Shown: positions 10,417 through 22,902, counted from the first letter of the stretch. The stretch is DNA of 64,000 nucleotides from Tubulanus polymorphus (GCF_964204645.1 NC_134027.1:15470485-15534484); one strand, 5' to 3'. The notes: generated by a model not told the origin, from the sequence alone. Made by a program: numbers and translations.

Positions 10417-12790
10417 TTCTCCCGGCGCGAAGTTTCTGCAAGGCTGCAACGGCAGCAGCACGTTTTGGGCGGATGATCCTTTTTTTTACTCGCTTTTTCG
10501 GGTTGTGGCTCCTGTTTCGCGAATTCTTGATGATTTATTTCGAGCGGGTACAACTTATTAATGGGTCTACTCGTTCGACCCTTAGCGGTTCGCACGACCG
10601 CCGATCGCACACAGTTATCATTTCCACGATTCAACTTTTCGATGATACCCAAACGCCATGTAAGACGAGGGTTATCCGCGTGGATTTGAACGATATCACC
10701 TATTTTCACTATTTCCTGATTATTTCCGGACTGATTATGTCGCTCCCTGAGTGCGGTGAGGTACTCGTTTTTCCATCTACCCCAGAAATGCTGCACGAGT
10801 ACGGCGCGATGTTCTTGCCGACGATTCAACTCGCTATGACCATAATCTGGATCAGCCAACGTATCAGCATCAGTAATAGGTTGCGGAAGAGCCGATATTC
10901 TGCGCCCATAGATTAAGTGAGAAGGAGTTAGTGGTTCTAGTTCTAAAACACGGCTATCAACATATGTTAAAGGTCTATCATTAATTATACATTTACATTC
11001 AATAACAACAGTATTCAATTCATCGTAGTTAAGTTTTGCACGACCGAGGACTCTTTTCAGACAGCTTTTTACCATCCCAACTAACCTCTCCCAAAATCCT
11101 CCGAACCACGGAGCTCTTTTTGGAATGAAACGCCATTCGACCCCATTCTGGGCCATGAATTGAAAGATTTTCAGTGATTTGAATAAATTCGAGAGTTCCT
11201 CGAATGCGCATGTAACAGTTGAAGCATTATCAGAATACACAATACGTGGAAACGATCGACGAGCACAAAACCTACGAAATGCTAAAAGAAAGGCATCACA
11301 GGTAAGGTCAGTTACAAGTTCTAAATGTAACGCTCTAGTAATAGCGCATGTTATAAGACAAATATAAACCTTTGCATCAGATGATTCGGTTCTTACGATT
11401 AAAGCGCCTGTATAATCAATACCAACTACTGAAAAGGGTGGCGCTTCTTGAACTCGTACGGCGGGTAATGGAGCCGGATCGGGAAGCACGAATGGTTTAC
11501 CAGTGCCAGCCTTAATACAAGGCACACACTTGTGTATCAAAGAGGTAATACGACGACGAATTTGTGTTACCCAATATTTCTGTCTAACAAACGCTATTGT
11601 TGCATTAACACCTTCATGCATTACCTTAATACAATGGACGTAACGAAGATACAAAAACGTGAATCGATGGGTTCTCGGCAACAGGATCGGGTACTTCGTT
11701 TTCACTGGAAGCCTAGCGTTCTGTATTCTCCCCCCGCAACGAAGGACGCCATCAGACAAAACAAGTTTCAACTGTCTTACCAAAACTTGTCGTGGCTTCG
11801 AATTGGAACGTAAGGAATGAATAATATCACCAAATCCTTCACTCTGAATACCGAACACCCATTGATTCTCCGCGAATTCGCGTTCTTCTACAGTGATTGG
11901 ATCTGAAAGAGGGACAAAACTTTTACGCAGTAACATATTTACAAATCTGTATACACGAAACGTCACTCTCAACAGGTCATTCAACGAATTAAAGCTATCA
12001 ATATCCATAGCCTTATGTATACCGTAACAAGTATTCGATCCAACTGACGTAGCTGTAACAGTAACGAAAGAATTATTTGCGAAATCAACAGTATCGAAAT
12101 GAAAATTTGGTAGCCGAGACTCTGATAGCCATGTCGGCCCTTTCCACCATAATTCACACAAAGTAAGAGTATCCGCAAAAACCCCACGTGAAAGAAGATC
12201 TGCAGGATTACTTTCACTGTTACAGTAATGCCAGTATGACATGCATTTAGAGGTCAACCTTCGGATTTCTAAAATCCGATTCATAACAAACGTACTCAAT
12301 TGTCTATCGGAATTAATCCAGGACAGAACAATTTGGCTATCAGACCAAATATGTGTATCAATATGTAGTCGAGAATCCATCGATTCTTTAATGTAAGTAG
12401 CCAAACGTGATGCGAGCAAGGCAGCCATGAGTTCCATTTCTGGAATTGTTCTCACTTTGATAGGAGATTCCCTATTCTTAGAAATGACAAATGATGTCTT
12501 GCCCTCAACCTTGAGATACCCAACGGCCCCATAGGCTGACTTGCTTGCATCACCGAAAACATGAAGTTCACACTTCTTACCGATGATCCCGAAATCAAAA
12601 TATGCTCTGGGCAAAAAACAACTCTAGTACTAATAGATAAATCACGTGAAATAACTGCCCATTGATCACGAAGCTCCAAAGATAAAGGTTCACCCAGTCA
12701 AGACCGGATTTCCACAAATTCTGAGTAAGTTTCTTTGCTAAAATAGTGACTGGAGTAATTAATCCTAGTGGATCGTAAACCCTGGCCGTT
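10350..12790 (-). pseudogene. pol: BEL/Pao pol fragment (end of RT, RNase H, integrase)
   Basis: ORF 10350..12614 plus frameshifted upstream segments. The C-terminal tail reading into the LTR probably results from a frameshift. Confidence 0.9.
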
Positions 12791-13004
12791 TCACTCGGTG
12801 TTGTCATATCGCGGAAAGACGGAATCGCGGAATTTTCCAAAAACGCGGAATTTCTTCATTTTTACTATAAATAGTAAACGGGGTTTTCCCACGGGGATAC
12901 CCACTGTCGGACAGGGCACCGGACCCAGGTTTTCAACATCGGGAATTAGTATTTGATAATTTATTATATCGCCAGTCAACAACTTTACGATACTGTTCCA
13001 AATA

Positions 13005-13087
13005 ATGGAGAACCTAGGCAATACGTGCTTCGCGAATTCAGTGATACAGAGTATCGCTGCATTAACTGAAGGAATACAAATCGATGG
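13005..13087 (+). pseudogene. Ubiquitin-specific protease Cys-box exon fragment (second copy 16632-16714)
   Basis: MENLGNTCFANSVIQSIAAL followed by a GTACGT donor. Matches the USP catalytic NLGNTC(F/Y)xNSxxQ box. Confidence 0.65.
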
Positions 13088-13579
13088 TACGTAAACGTAG
13101 GATTTGTGATGACATCATGGGTCATTCTCCAGGACTCATTTCCGAGTTAAGATTTGACTCTGGTCTCTGGATTTAAAACATTGGAAATGAATTGATTCTA
13201 AGTAACTGAGAGTTAACTCACAACTGTGGAACTGGATCGATGTCAGACGAAAATAAATAGACATTATGTATATTTCATTCTGGCTTAGGATTGTTCATGC
13301 GTGTTGTGTGTCTACATTGTTGTTATAAGCGAATGTGGTTTATCTTTTAGAATTAAATGATATGAAAGATTATAAAATGGTTTCGTTTTTTTAATGTTTA
13401 GTTTGTGACTGCTATAACATATATGTCCCTATGCTAATTATTTGGATCAAAAGAATCTTATTGGTACCGGTACTGGACGGCCGTAAAATTATAATAATTT
13501 CAAAGGAATTTGAACCGGTACTTGTTTGGTCGTAGGATTTCATGTTTGCAACCATCTACAACTACGGTCCTACACCTCG

Positions 13580-14030
13580 AGTAGTTAGGGTATGTCACTA
13601 TGGTACCGCAGTGGAGTGAGGAGTGAGGAGGGAGGAGGGATGACGTCATACCGGAAGTGACGTCATCCAAGATGGCGGCCGGAAGTGACGTCATCCAAGA
13701 TGGCGGCCGGAAGTGACGTCATCCAAGATGGCGGCCGGAAGTGGCGGTTAAAATTCAAATTTCAAATTTTTGGCGGGAAAATTCAAAATTTTTCCGTTAA
13801 ATCCAAATCAAATTATTGACAACAAATCCAAATCAATTTATTGGCGGTTTTAAATCCAAATTTATTTATTGGTATGATTGAATCCTAGATGGCGCTTACG
13901 CATTCCTATGCGTGTTTATGGCGGTGTTCAATCCAAATTTATTTATTGGTATGATTGAATCCTAGATGGCGCTTACGCATTCCTATGCGTGTTTATGGGA
14001 AAAGTTGAATCCTAGATGGCGCTATTACGA
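13580..14030 (+). mobile_element. Probable terminus (TIR) of a second Polinton (second copy from 17207)
   Basis: Starts AGTAGT, a typical Polinton end, followed by internal tandem repeats and then virus-like ORFs. No partner TIR was found in the window. Confidence 0.55.
13640..13780 (+). promoter_or_regulatory. 3x28-bp ETS/ATF-CRE/YY1 site array plus E2F site (second copy 17267-17407)
   Basis: Unit GGAAGTGACGTCATCCAAGATGGCGGCC at 13653, 13681 and 13709; TTTTGGCGGGAAAA near 13767. Confidence 0.7.
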
Positions 14031-14122
14031 GATCATATGTGTACGACCAAAAATTAAAGAAAACCAAAAATTAAAAAAACAATGTAAAACAATAAAAAAA
14101 ACATTTTATTCACCGTTAAAAT

Positions 14123-14662
14123 TTAGTTTAAACACGGTTTAAATCCGAATTCCTTGGCGCACGAGACGTGAATATAAGCGTCGCAGCAGTCTGTCTTTTG
14201 TTTAGTTATTTCCAAACATACTAAACACGTGTTGATGCCACAAAATAAAGTTATGCAGTTATAACAAAAATTTTCTTCATACCCTTCACACGTTTTAAGT
14301 TCGCTTAAACAGGGCCAGAATATAGTTTTATCACAACAATGAAGCAAATCCTCTTGCGCGTGACAACGATAACAGTCTTTTTTCGCGATATGTTTGATAA
14401 TCCTAAAATGTGCCATGCAATTCTCGATAGGACATTCGAAATCATGTTGAACGTCTAACCATCGAGCGTTCACTAGCCAGCAATCTTCACAAATCGGTTT
14501 CCTGCAACACGTCGTTACTCAAAAACTACCGTATGTAATTGTCGTATTACAATATTTGCAAATCGCAAATCCGGTAGACCAGTCGACATGATTTATTTCA
14601 TGTTCCGTGGTAGTTGATTTTTTTAGGAAAATGTTTTCCACGGTAATTAAATCGCCAGACAT
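14123..14662 (-). pseudogene. Cys-rich (Zn-binding) protein with one in-frame stop (second copy 17810-18349)
   Basis: ATG at 14662 is in frame with ORF 14123..14473 across one TGA. Many CxxC and CC motifs. Confidence 0.55.
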
Positions 14663-15066
14663 TTTCGTAAATCACGTCTCGTTTATGCGAGTGTAAACAA
14701 AGCGAGTGCGTAGTTAAATCCTAGATGGCGCTAGTCCGTAATCCTATACAGATGCGTGCGCATGCGTGCGTTTGTGTGTACGTGTGTAAGCGAGTGACGT
14801 CATCCTAGATGACGCCATGATTACATAATCCTATGCGAGAGCGTGTATAGAGAGGGGAGCGGGGTAAAATCCGAGATGGCTTCTTTTGACGGCTATTGTG
14901 AAATCATAGACAAGTTTAGGCGAACACATTTCGTAATAACATGTAAAACCATAAAACGAGTTCGGGCAAGTCATTTTCTGACAATAAAAACGCGTTGCAA
15001 ATCCATAATTTAGTCATTCTGCTCAGAGACTTTGAACCGTCAACATCATACAACATCATCGTAATA

Positions 15067-15893
15067 ATGGATTCGGCCAGCGGACAAAGTATTTTAGAAA
15101 TATCTAATACACCAGTTAAAGCAAAGTCATCGCTTCAATCTAGAAAAAGAAAACACCCCTCGCTGAAACTCGACTTTAGTAAGTTTCTACTTATTTCCCG
15201 TATTCGAAACCGTCAAATATTAAGACATACGTATACTGATATATGATATTTTATTGTTCTTTTAGGTTCGATCGTTAATGACAACGCTGTCGCCGGCCCG
15301 TCGAAAAGTGCGAACTTGCGTAACACCTGGAACAATGACCCCGAACCCCATTATCTAGGATCTCTTGTTTACGCGGTGCGAAAACGTGGCAGGGGGTAAA
15401 ACGTGTAGATTTACGGTCCTACGAGTGCTGTGAACGAAGAAAACAACTGTATCCCACTAAAAACGGTATTTCGTTCGATCTCCAAGAGTGGGTGCATATA
15501 GATTTTTTTAAATCCGATATCGAACACGAAATTGCGCGCGTTAAAGAAGACATTGAATACGTGGGTGTAATGACTGTTGGTCGTACGAACTTTATCAAAA
15601 TATATAGGTCTAGTCACGATCATCGTATTTACGTAGATATCCGAAAATACGATCTATTCGATGAACCTCTCGGTGTTTCCCCGACTAGATGCGGTGTAAA
15701 ACTAACATTGGAACAATGGAAAAAATTGAAAGACATTAATTTTAATGACGATATACCCGAACTAGCCAACATGACGCCCTGTTGGTATGATTCGAGTCAC
15801 TCGAATCAGGAATACAGGTGTCCGTACTGCGCAAAAGACACTTCTCGAGTACGAAAAACACCTGAATACGGTGTAATGATCACCCAAGTATAA
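15067..15893 (+). pseudogene. Double-PC4-domain ssDNA-binding protein, spliced, one frameshift
   Basis: Intron 15179-15265 (GTAAGT..TTTAG). Domain 1 VDLRSY...PTKNGISFDLQEW; domain 2 VDIRKY...PTRCGVKLTLEQWKKL. Confidence 0.75.
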
Positions 15894-18753
15894 TTAAAGT
15901 AGTTTAAACGATATTAATTAGATAATATTTATATCATAACCGAACAACAAAATATGTAAAAATACATCAATTTATATACGTTAGTTTGCGTTAAACCCTT
16001 AGATAGAAATAAGTATCCGAAATGACTAATCCAGGACTTCATTAAGATCCGCTCTAACCAAAGAGGATTAACTAAAGTGAGTTTCTATCTTTTATGAAAT
16101 TTATGGTTTTTTCGTGTATGACCTATGTTTATCTACAATATTTATAAAACGGCCCCATAGGCTGACTTGCTTGCATCACCGAAAACATGAAGTTCACACT
16201 TCTTACCGATGATCCCGAAATCAAAATATGCTCTGGGCAAAAAACAACTCTAGTACTAATAGATAAATCACGTGAAATAACTGCCCATTGATCACGAAGC
16301 TCCAAAGATAAAGGTTCATCCCAGTCAAGACCGGATTTCCACAAATTCTGAGTAAGTTTCTTTGCTAAAATAGTGACTGGAGTAATTAATCCTAGTGGAT
16401 CGTAAACCCTGGCCGTTTCACTCGGTGTTGTCATATCGCGGAAAGACGGAATCGCGGAATTTTCCAAAAACGCGGAATTTCTTCATTTTTACTATAAATA
16501 GTAAACGGGGTTTTCCCACGGGGATACCCACTGTCGGACAGGGCACCGGACCCAGGTTTTCAACATCGGGAATTAGTATTTGATAATTTATTATATCGCC
16601 AGTCAACAACTTTACGATACTGTTCCAAATAATGGAGAACCTAGGCAATACGTGCTTCGCGAATTCAGTGATACAGAGTATCGCTGCATTAACTGAAGGA
16701 ATACAAATCGATGGTACGTAAACGTAGGATTTGTGATGACATCATGGGTCATTCTCCAGGACTCATTTCCGAGTTAAGATTTGACTCTGGTCTCTGGATT
16801 TAAAACATTGGAAATGAATTGATTCTAAGTAACTGAGAGTTAACTCACAACTGTGGAACTGGATCGATGTCAGACGAAAATAAATAGACATTATGTATAT
16901 TTCATTCTGGCTTAGGATTGTTCATGCGTGTTGTGTGTCTACATTGTTGTTATAAGCGAATGTGGTTTATCTTTTAGAATTAAATGATATGAAAGATTAT
17001 AAAATGGTTTCGTTTTTTTAATGTTTAGTTTGTGACTGCTATAACATATATGTCCCTATGCTAATTATTTGGATCAAAAGAATCTTATTGGTACCGGTAC
17101 TGGACGGCCGTAAAATTATAATAATTTCAAAGGAATTTGAACCGGTACTTGTTTGGTCGTAGGATTTCATGTTTGCAACCATCTACAACTACGGTCCTAC
17201 ACCGCGAGTAGTTAGGGTATGTCACTATGGTACCGCAGTGGAGTGAGGAGTGAGGAGGGAGGAGGGATGACGTCATACCGGAAGTGACGTCATCCAAGAT
17301 GGCGGCCGGAAGTGACGTCATCCAAGATGGCGGCCGGAAGTGACGTCATCCAAGATGGCGGCCGGAAGTGGCGGTTAAAATTCAAATTTCAAATTTTTGG
17401 CGGGAAAATTCAAAATTTTTCCGTTAAATCCAAATCAAATTATTGACAACAAATCCAAATCAATTTATTGGCGGTTTTAAATCCAAATTTATTTATTGGT
17501 ATGATTGAATCCTAGATGGCGCTTACGCATTCCTATGCGTGTTTATGGCGGTGTTCAATCCAAATTTATTTATTGGTATGATTGAATCCTAGATGGCGCT
17601 TACGCATTCCTATGCGTGTTTATGGGAAAAGTTGAATCCTAGATGGCGCTATTACGAGATCATATGTGTACGTGGAGGTGAGGGGGGAAGTGAAGTTAAA
17701 TCCTAGATGGCGCTTTTCCCTGAGTACGGGCAAATTCGAGACAAAGAAAACCAAAAATTAAAAAAACAATGTAAAACAATAAAAAAAACATTTTATTCAC
17801 CGTTAAAATTTAGTTTAAACACGGTTTAAATCCGAATTCCTTGGCGCACGAGACGTGAATATAAGCGTCGCAGCAGTCTGTCTTTTGTTTAGTTATTTCC
17901 AAACATACTAAACACGTGTTGATGCCACAAAATAAAGTTATGCAGTTATAACAAAAATTTTCTTCATACCCTTCACACGTTTTAAGTTCGCTTAAACAGG
18001 GCCAGAATATAGTTTTATCACAACAATGAAGCAAATCCTCTTGCGCGTGACAACGATAACAGTCTTTTTTCGCGATATGTTTGATAATCCTAAAATGTGC
18101 CATGCAATTCTCGATAGGACATTCGAAATCATGTTGAACGTCTAACCATCGAGCGTTCACTAGCCAGCAATCTTCACAAATCGGTTTCCTGCAACACGTC
18201 GTTACTCAAAAACTACCGTATGTAATTGTCGTATTACAATATTTGCAAATCGCAAATCCGGTAGACCAGTCGACATGATTTATTTCATGTTCCGTGGTAG
18301 TTGATTTTTTTAGGAAAATGTTTTCCACGGTAATTAAATCGCCAGACATTTTCGTAAATCACGTCTCGTTTATGCGAGTGTAAACAAAGCGAGTGCGTAG
18401 TTAAATCCTAGATGGCGCTAGTCCGTAATCCTATACAGATGCGTGCGCATGCGTGCGTTTGTGTGTACGTGTGTAAGCGAGTGACGTCATCCTAGATGAC
18501 GCCATGATTACATAATCCTATGCGAGAGCGTGTATAGAGAGGGGAGCGGGGTAAAATCAGAGATGGCTTCTTTTGACGGCTATTGTGAAATCATAGACAA
18601 GTTTAGGCGAACACATTTCGTAATAACATGTAAAACCATAAAACGAGTTCGGGCAAGTCATTTTCTGACAATAAAAACGCGTTGCAAATCCATAATTTAG
18701 TCATTCTGCTCAGAGACTTTGAACCGTCAACATCATACAACATCATCGTAATA

Positions 18754-19580
18754 ATGGATTCGGCCAGCGGACAAAGTATTTTAGAAATATCTAATACACC
18801 AGTTAAAGCAAAGTCATCGCTTCAATCTAGAAAAAGAAAACACCCCTCGCTGAAACTCGACTTTAGTAAGTTTCTACTTATTTCCCGTATTCGAAACCGT
18901 CAAATATTAAGACATACGTATACTGATATATGATATTTTATTGTTCTTTTAGGTTCGATCGTTAATGACAACGCTGTCGCCGGCCCGTCGAAAAGTGCGA
19001 ACTTGCGTAACACCTGGAACAATGACCCCGAACCCCATTATCTAGGATCTCTTGTTTACGCGGTGCGAAAACGTGGCAGGGGGTAAAACGTGTAGATTTA
19101 CGGTCCTACGAGTGCTGTGAACGAAGAAAACAACTGTATCCCACTAAAAACGGTATTTCGTTCGATCTCCAAGAGTGGGTGCATATAGATTTTTTTAAAT
19201 CCGATATCGAACACGAAATTGCGCGCGTTAAAGAAGACATCGAATACGTGGGTGTAATGACTGTTGGTCGTACGAACTTTATCAAAATATATAGGTCTAG
19301 TCACGATCATCGTATTTACGTAGATATCCGAAAATACGATCTATTCGATGAACCTCTCGGTGTTTCCCCGACTAGATGCGGTGTAAAACTAACATTGGAA
19401 CAATGGAAAAAATTGAAAGACATTAATTTTAATGACGATATACCCGAACTAGCCAACATGACGCCCTGTTGGTATGATTCGAGTCACTCGAATCAGGAAT
19501 ACAGGTGTCCGTACTGCGCAAAAGACACTTCTCGAGTACGAAAAACACCTGAATACGGTGTAATGATCACCCAAGTATAA
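18754..19580 (+). pseudogene. Duplicate of the double-PC4 gene
   Basis: Same translated sequence at offset 3687. Confidence 0.75.
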
Positions 19581-21014
19581 TTAAAGTAGTTTAAACGATA
19601 TTAATTAGATAATATTTATATCATAACCGAACAACAAAATATGTAAAAATACATCAATTTATATACGTTAGTTTGCGTTAAACTCTTAGATAGAAATAAG
19701 TATCCGAAATGACTAATCCAGGACTTCATTAAGATCCGCTCTAACCAAAGAGGATTAACTAAAGTGAGTTTCTATCTTTTATGAAATTTATGGTTTTTTC
19801 GTGTATGACCTATGTTTATCTACAATATTTATAAAAATATTTATGTTTTTTAGGACTAAATAAAACATTAATTGAATAAAAGATTTCATTTTTGACTCAT
19901 TCTGAGTTAACAATACGTTAATCTAGCATTTCGTTTCTATCCAGACCCATGATACCATATACCGACAAAGAAGGCAATTAATTGATTTAGATCAATACAC
20001 GACCACGATTGGGGAAAATAGGTGTGAGCAAAACCAATTACCTAGACTAGTTGCAGATGGGTCGATAGTATCCAAACACCATTAATTATATGTGGAAGAC
20101 GAAGGCAATTAAGTGATTTAGATCGGAGACACGTCCGAGATGGGAAATTATGTGTGAGGTTTCAAACCAATTACACTAGCAATAATTCGAACATTTTTAG
20201 TGCTCATAGCGCTGAGGTAATTAAATTGTTTAGAAAAAACCGAACAGATGGTCCTATATGCTGGGTGATATTAGACCCGAGTATCAAAAACACCGTTAAT
20301 TATATGTGATAGAATCCTCAAATACTTTGAGTAAACTGTTAGACTATGAGAATTAATCAACTAATTAGTCGTCTGACTTAGACCCATAAATAAGGGGGTA
20401 GTTTTAGGACAAATCATTTCCAAGATGTCTGTTATTGGAGCACTAAAATAGGACCGGTTATTGCGCAATACACAGTTATATTTTTATTCTGTAAACTACA
20501 ACATTCAAACATAGAACTGTAACCAATCAATATTGAGCAGCTGTTTCAGTCAACAACGATCAATAATAGAATAATGGAGAACAATAGAAATGCGGTCCAA
20601 TCGGACCAGTTATTGTGCAATACACAGTTAACAGTAAACAATACAATATTGAAACAGATATATACAATCGAAATTACATTTTTGATATCTAAGACCTTCA
20701 GTGTTATAATTTATAATTTTGTCCAGAATTCTTTAATTACTGGATTGTTTCCAATCATTTCTTCAATTTCTGGTAAATATCTGACTACTTCACTAAATGC
20801 TAATCCTAATATTTTGAATTTTTCATATTTTATTAATCTACCTACTCTTCTCAGTTTTCTTTCAAAACCAGCACTGATATCTATGTTCTTTTTAACCCAC
20901 AGCCCCCAAGAAATCCCCTCAGTTTCTTCATCAAACATTGAAAACCCTATATTTAGATGACCCCCGAAAATGATGTGGTCCCATAGGTGATTTGCTTTTC
21001 TATTTAATATGGTT

Positions 21015-21440
21015 TTATAACTTTTTTTTTAAGATATCAGTAATTTCAGCAAATGAAATAACTTCTACACTTTGTATTTCCGGAAAGTTTAAATGTTCTG
21101 TGTCAATGATTAATTTAGATTTTAAAAACTCGTTCAACTCGTCTCCACTCATTTTCTTAGTTTTCGATTCTTTGAGTCCCAACAGCAATTTAAGTCGCAT
21201 TGCTGGTAATTTTGGTAATTGTAGTTCGCGCGGTAATTGTTTATTATGTATTACATCACTCAGAATTTTCACCATTTCTTGATGATAGTCCAAATGTTCT
21301 TGTAATTTTTGTGAAGTTTGTTCGTCAATTACGAGAGTTTCATCCTCCATTTCTATTGATTCCTGAGTTTCACTATCTATCGTTTCTGGTTCCTCATCCG
21401 TTGGTTGACTTGGAATTTCTGGTTGATCTCTGTATTCCAT
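21015..21440 (-). CDS. Hypothetical protein with acidic N-terminus
   Basis: 141-aa ORF with a true ATG and no recognisable motif. ORF 20711..20938 may be a continuation. Confidence 0.4.
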   Translation of the reverse strand: MEYRDQPEIPSQPTDEEPETIDSETQESIEMEDETLVIDEQTSQKLQEHLDYHQEMVKILSDVIHNKQLPRELQLPKLPAMRLKLLLGLKESKTKKMSGDELNEFLKSKLIIDTEHLNFPEIQSVEVISFAEITDILKKKL

Positions 21441-21788
21441 TTTAATCTAAAAGATGTCGTGAAAATGAATTACTGTACTTAAATATGTTTAAAGGTTTCC
21501 CTACTTCATAATAACTACAAAAAACGGTACTTACACTTAGATTTAGAACTGTAAACTGTGTTTTGAGAGAGAATATCCAATACGTACTATGTATGTGAAA
21601 GTTGATTTCTAACTGCCGACGTGGCGCACGTTCGACCAAACTAATTACTTCTGCACAGATGTTCTTTATGATGATGTTAATTAATTCTTTAGAATTGAAA
21701 ACAAGATATATTTGGCAACATATGTTTTAGTAGTAAGCAAAAGCTATGTATTATATACATACAAAGCTCAAATAGAATTGCCAGCTTT

Positions 21789-22463
21789 CTAACCACTGAT
21801 CAAAACCTCAGAATGCGGTTGATTCTGTGAAATACTATTCCATAATTCAACAAATGTCTTTGCTTTATCCAGTTGATCTAAATATAACTGTAAATCTAGT
21901 TTATTGGATTTAATTATGTTTTCCTTCTTTTCTAAAGGTCTTAGATTCTTCCAATTCCATATTAGCTTCTTATTATAATCATCACTCATGTCAAATTTAG
22001 AAATCGGCAACACGTGATCAATATGAAAGTATTCACCATAATTATCTATATTCATTTTATCATCGAATTGAAATATAATCCATGATTTTAAGAATTCATC
22101 TGAACAACCCAATAAATTAGATAGTGTTTCTGAATGTGTTTCTTTGTTGAATAATTGTGTTAATCTAGATCTTAAACATTGTTTTAATCTAAAATTAAGA
22201 TCTGTTTGATATCTTTCTCTCATATATTCTGTCATATAATCATTATAAGCTTCTCTATTATCTTCTCGATATTGTTTGGTATATAGTTTAAAACAAGTTT
22301 TACAGCAATATTGAAAACCATCTTTGCTAATCTTACGCTTATTAAGTTCTGTTAAAGCTAATTTATCTAATTCACATTTAGAACACTTCTTGTAGTATAT
22401 ATTTATAAGTGTTATTTGTAATATTGATAGTTTGTGGTTGTTCTGGTTCCATTTATTATACAT
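21789..22463 (-). CDS. NCLDV-type HNH/endonuclease-VII-like protein with N-terminal CxxC pair
   Basis: CSKC...CKTC; LRSRL...LLGCS...QF...M...NYG..FHIDHVLP...FD...NLRPL...N..K. Intronless. Confidence 0.75.
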   Translation of the reverse strand: MYNKWNQNNHKLSILQITLINIYYKKCSKCELDKLALTELNKRKISKDGFQYCCKTCFKLYTKQYREDNREAYNDYMTEYMRERYQTDLNFRLKQCLRSRLTQLFNKETHSETLSNLLGCSDEFLKSWIIFQFDDKMNIDNYGEYFHIDHVLPISKFDMSDDYNKKLIWNWKNLRPLEKKENIIKSNKLDLQLYLDQLDKAKTFVELWNSISQNQPHSEVLISG

Positions 22464-22713
22464 ATTTTTTTACTAAATTGATTTTAGAAGTTCAATGATT
22501 TATATCATGTATTATTTCAATCACACTTTACTAACACTTTTAATGTTTAAAAATCTAACTCATACAAATATGAATATTGAAATAATGTTGTAAATATATA
22601 CTTTTATATCTATTCTATAAGAGCTCGTTAATTACTCACACTTTTATATTGAATAATCTATCAATTTATATGTTATTCATATATATTTTATTCATATATA
22701 TGAATATTTTAAG

Positions 22714-22902
22714 AGTAATAGGGATAATAGGCTTTCATATCAAAGGTTGAAGGGGTGAGTGAGTAAAAAAATGAAAATAATAATAATTTACAGTTGAATT
22801 AGGAGTGTGCGCGACTAATTCAACTGTAAATTATATTATTTTCATTTTTTTACGAGCTCGACCTTTCGACCTTTGGTATGAAAGCCTATTATCCCTATTA
22901 CT
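22714..22902. repeat. ~190-bp fold-back (palindromic MITE-like) element
   Basis: AGTAATAGGGATAATAGGCTTTCATA...TATGAAAGCCTATTATCCCTATTACT, with arms pairing almost to the centre. Confidence 0.8.

Larger units (their letters stand above)
10114..12790 (-). mobile_element. BEL/Pao LTR retrotransposon, 3' portion
   Basis: Pol motifs YDPLGL, FGDASKSAYGAV, NPADLLSRG, H-H-C-C finger, DYTG/SDNA/PWFGGFWERLV. Purine-rich GCCGGGAGAA abuts a TG..CA LTR. Truncated at ~12790. Confidence 0.92.
12522..19836. repeat. Tandem duplication: 12522-16149 and 16148-19836
   Basis: Near-identical ORF sets at offsets 3627 and 3687. AA microhomology at the junction. Copies differ by a 1-bp indel, a ~60-bp indel and a few SNPs. 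Confidence 0.95.

Noticed and set aside
14516-14522. Selenocysteine TGA in the Cys-rich ORF
   Set aside because: No SECIS was identified, and neighbouring genes also carry lesions.
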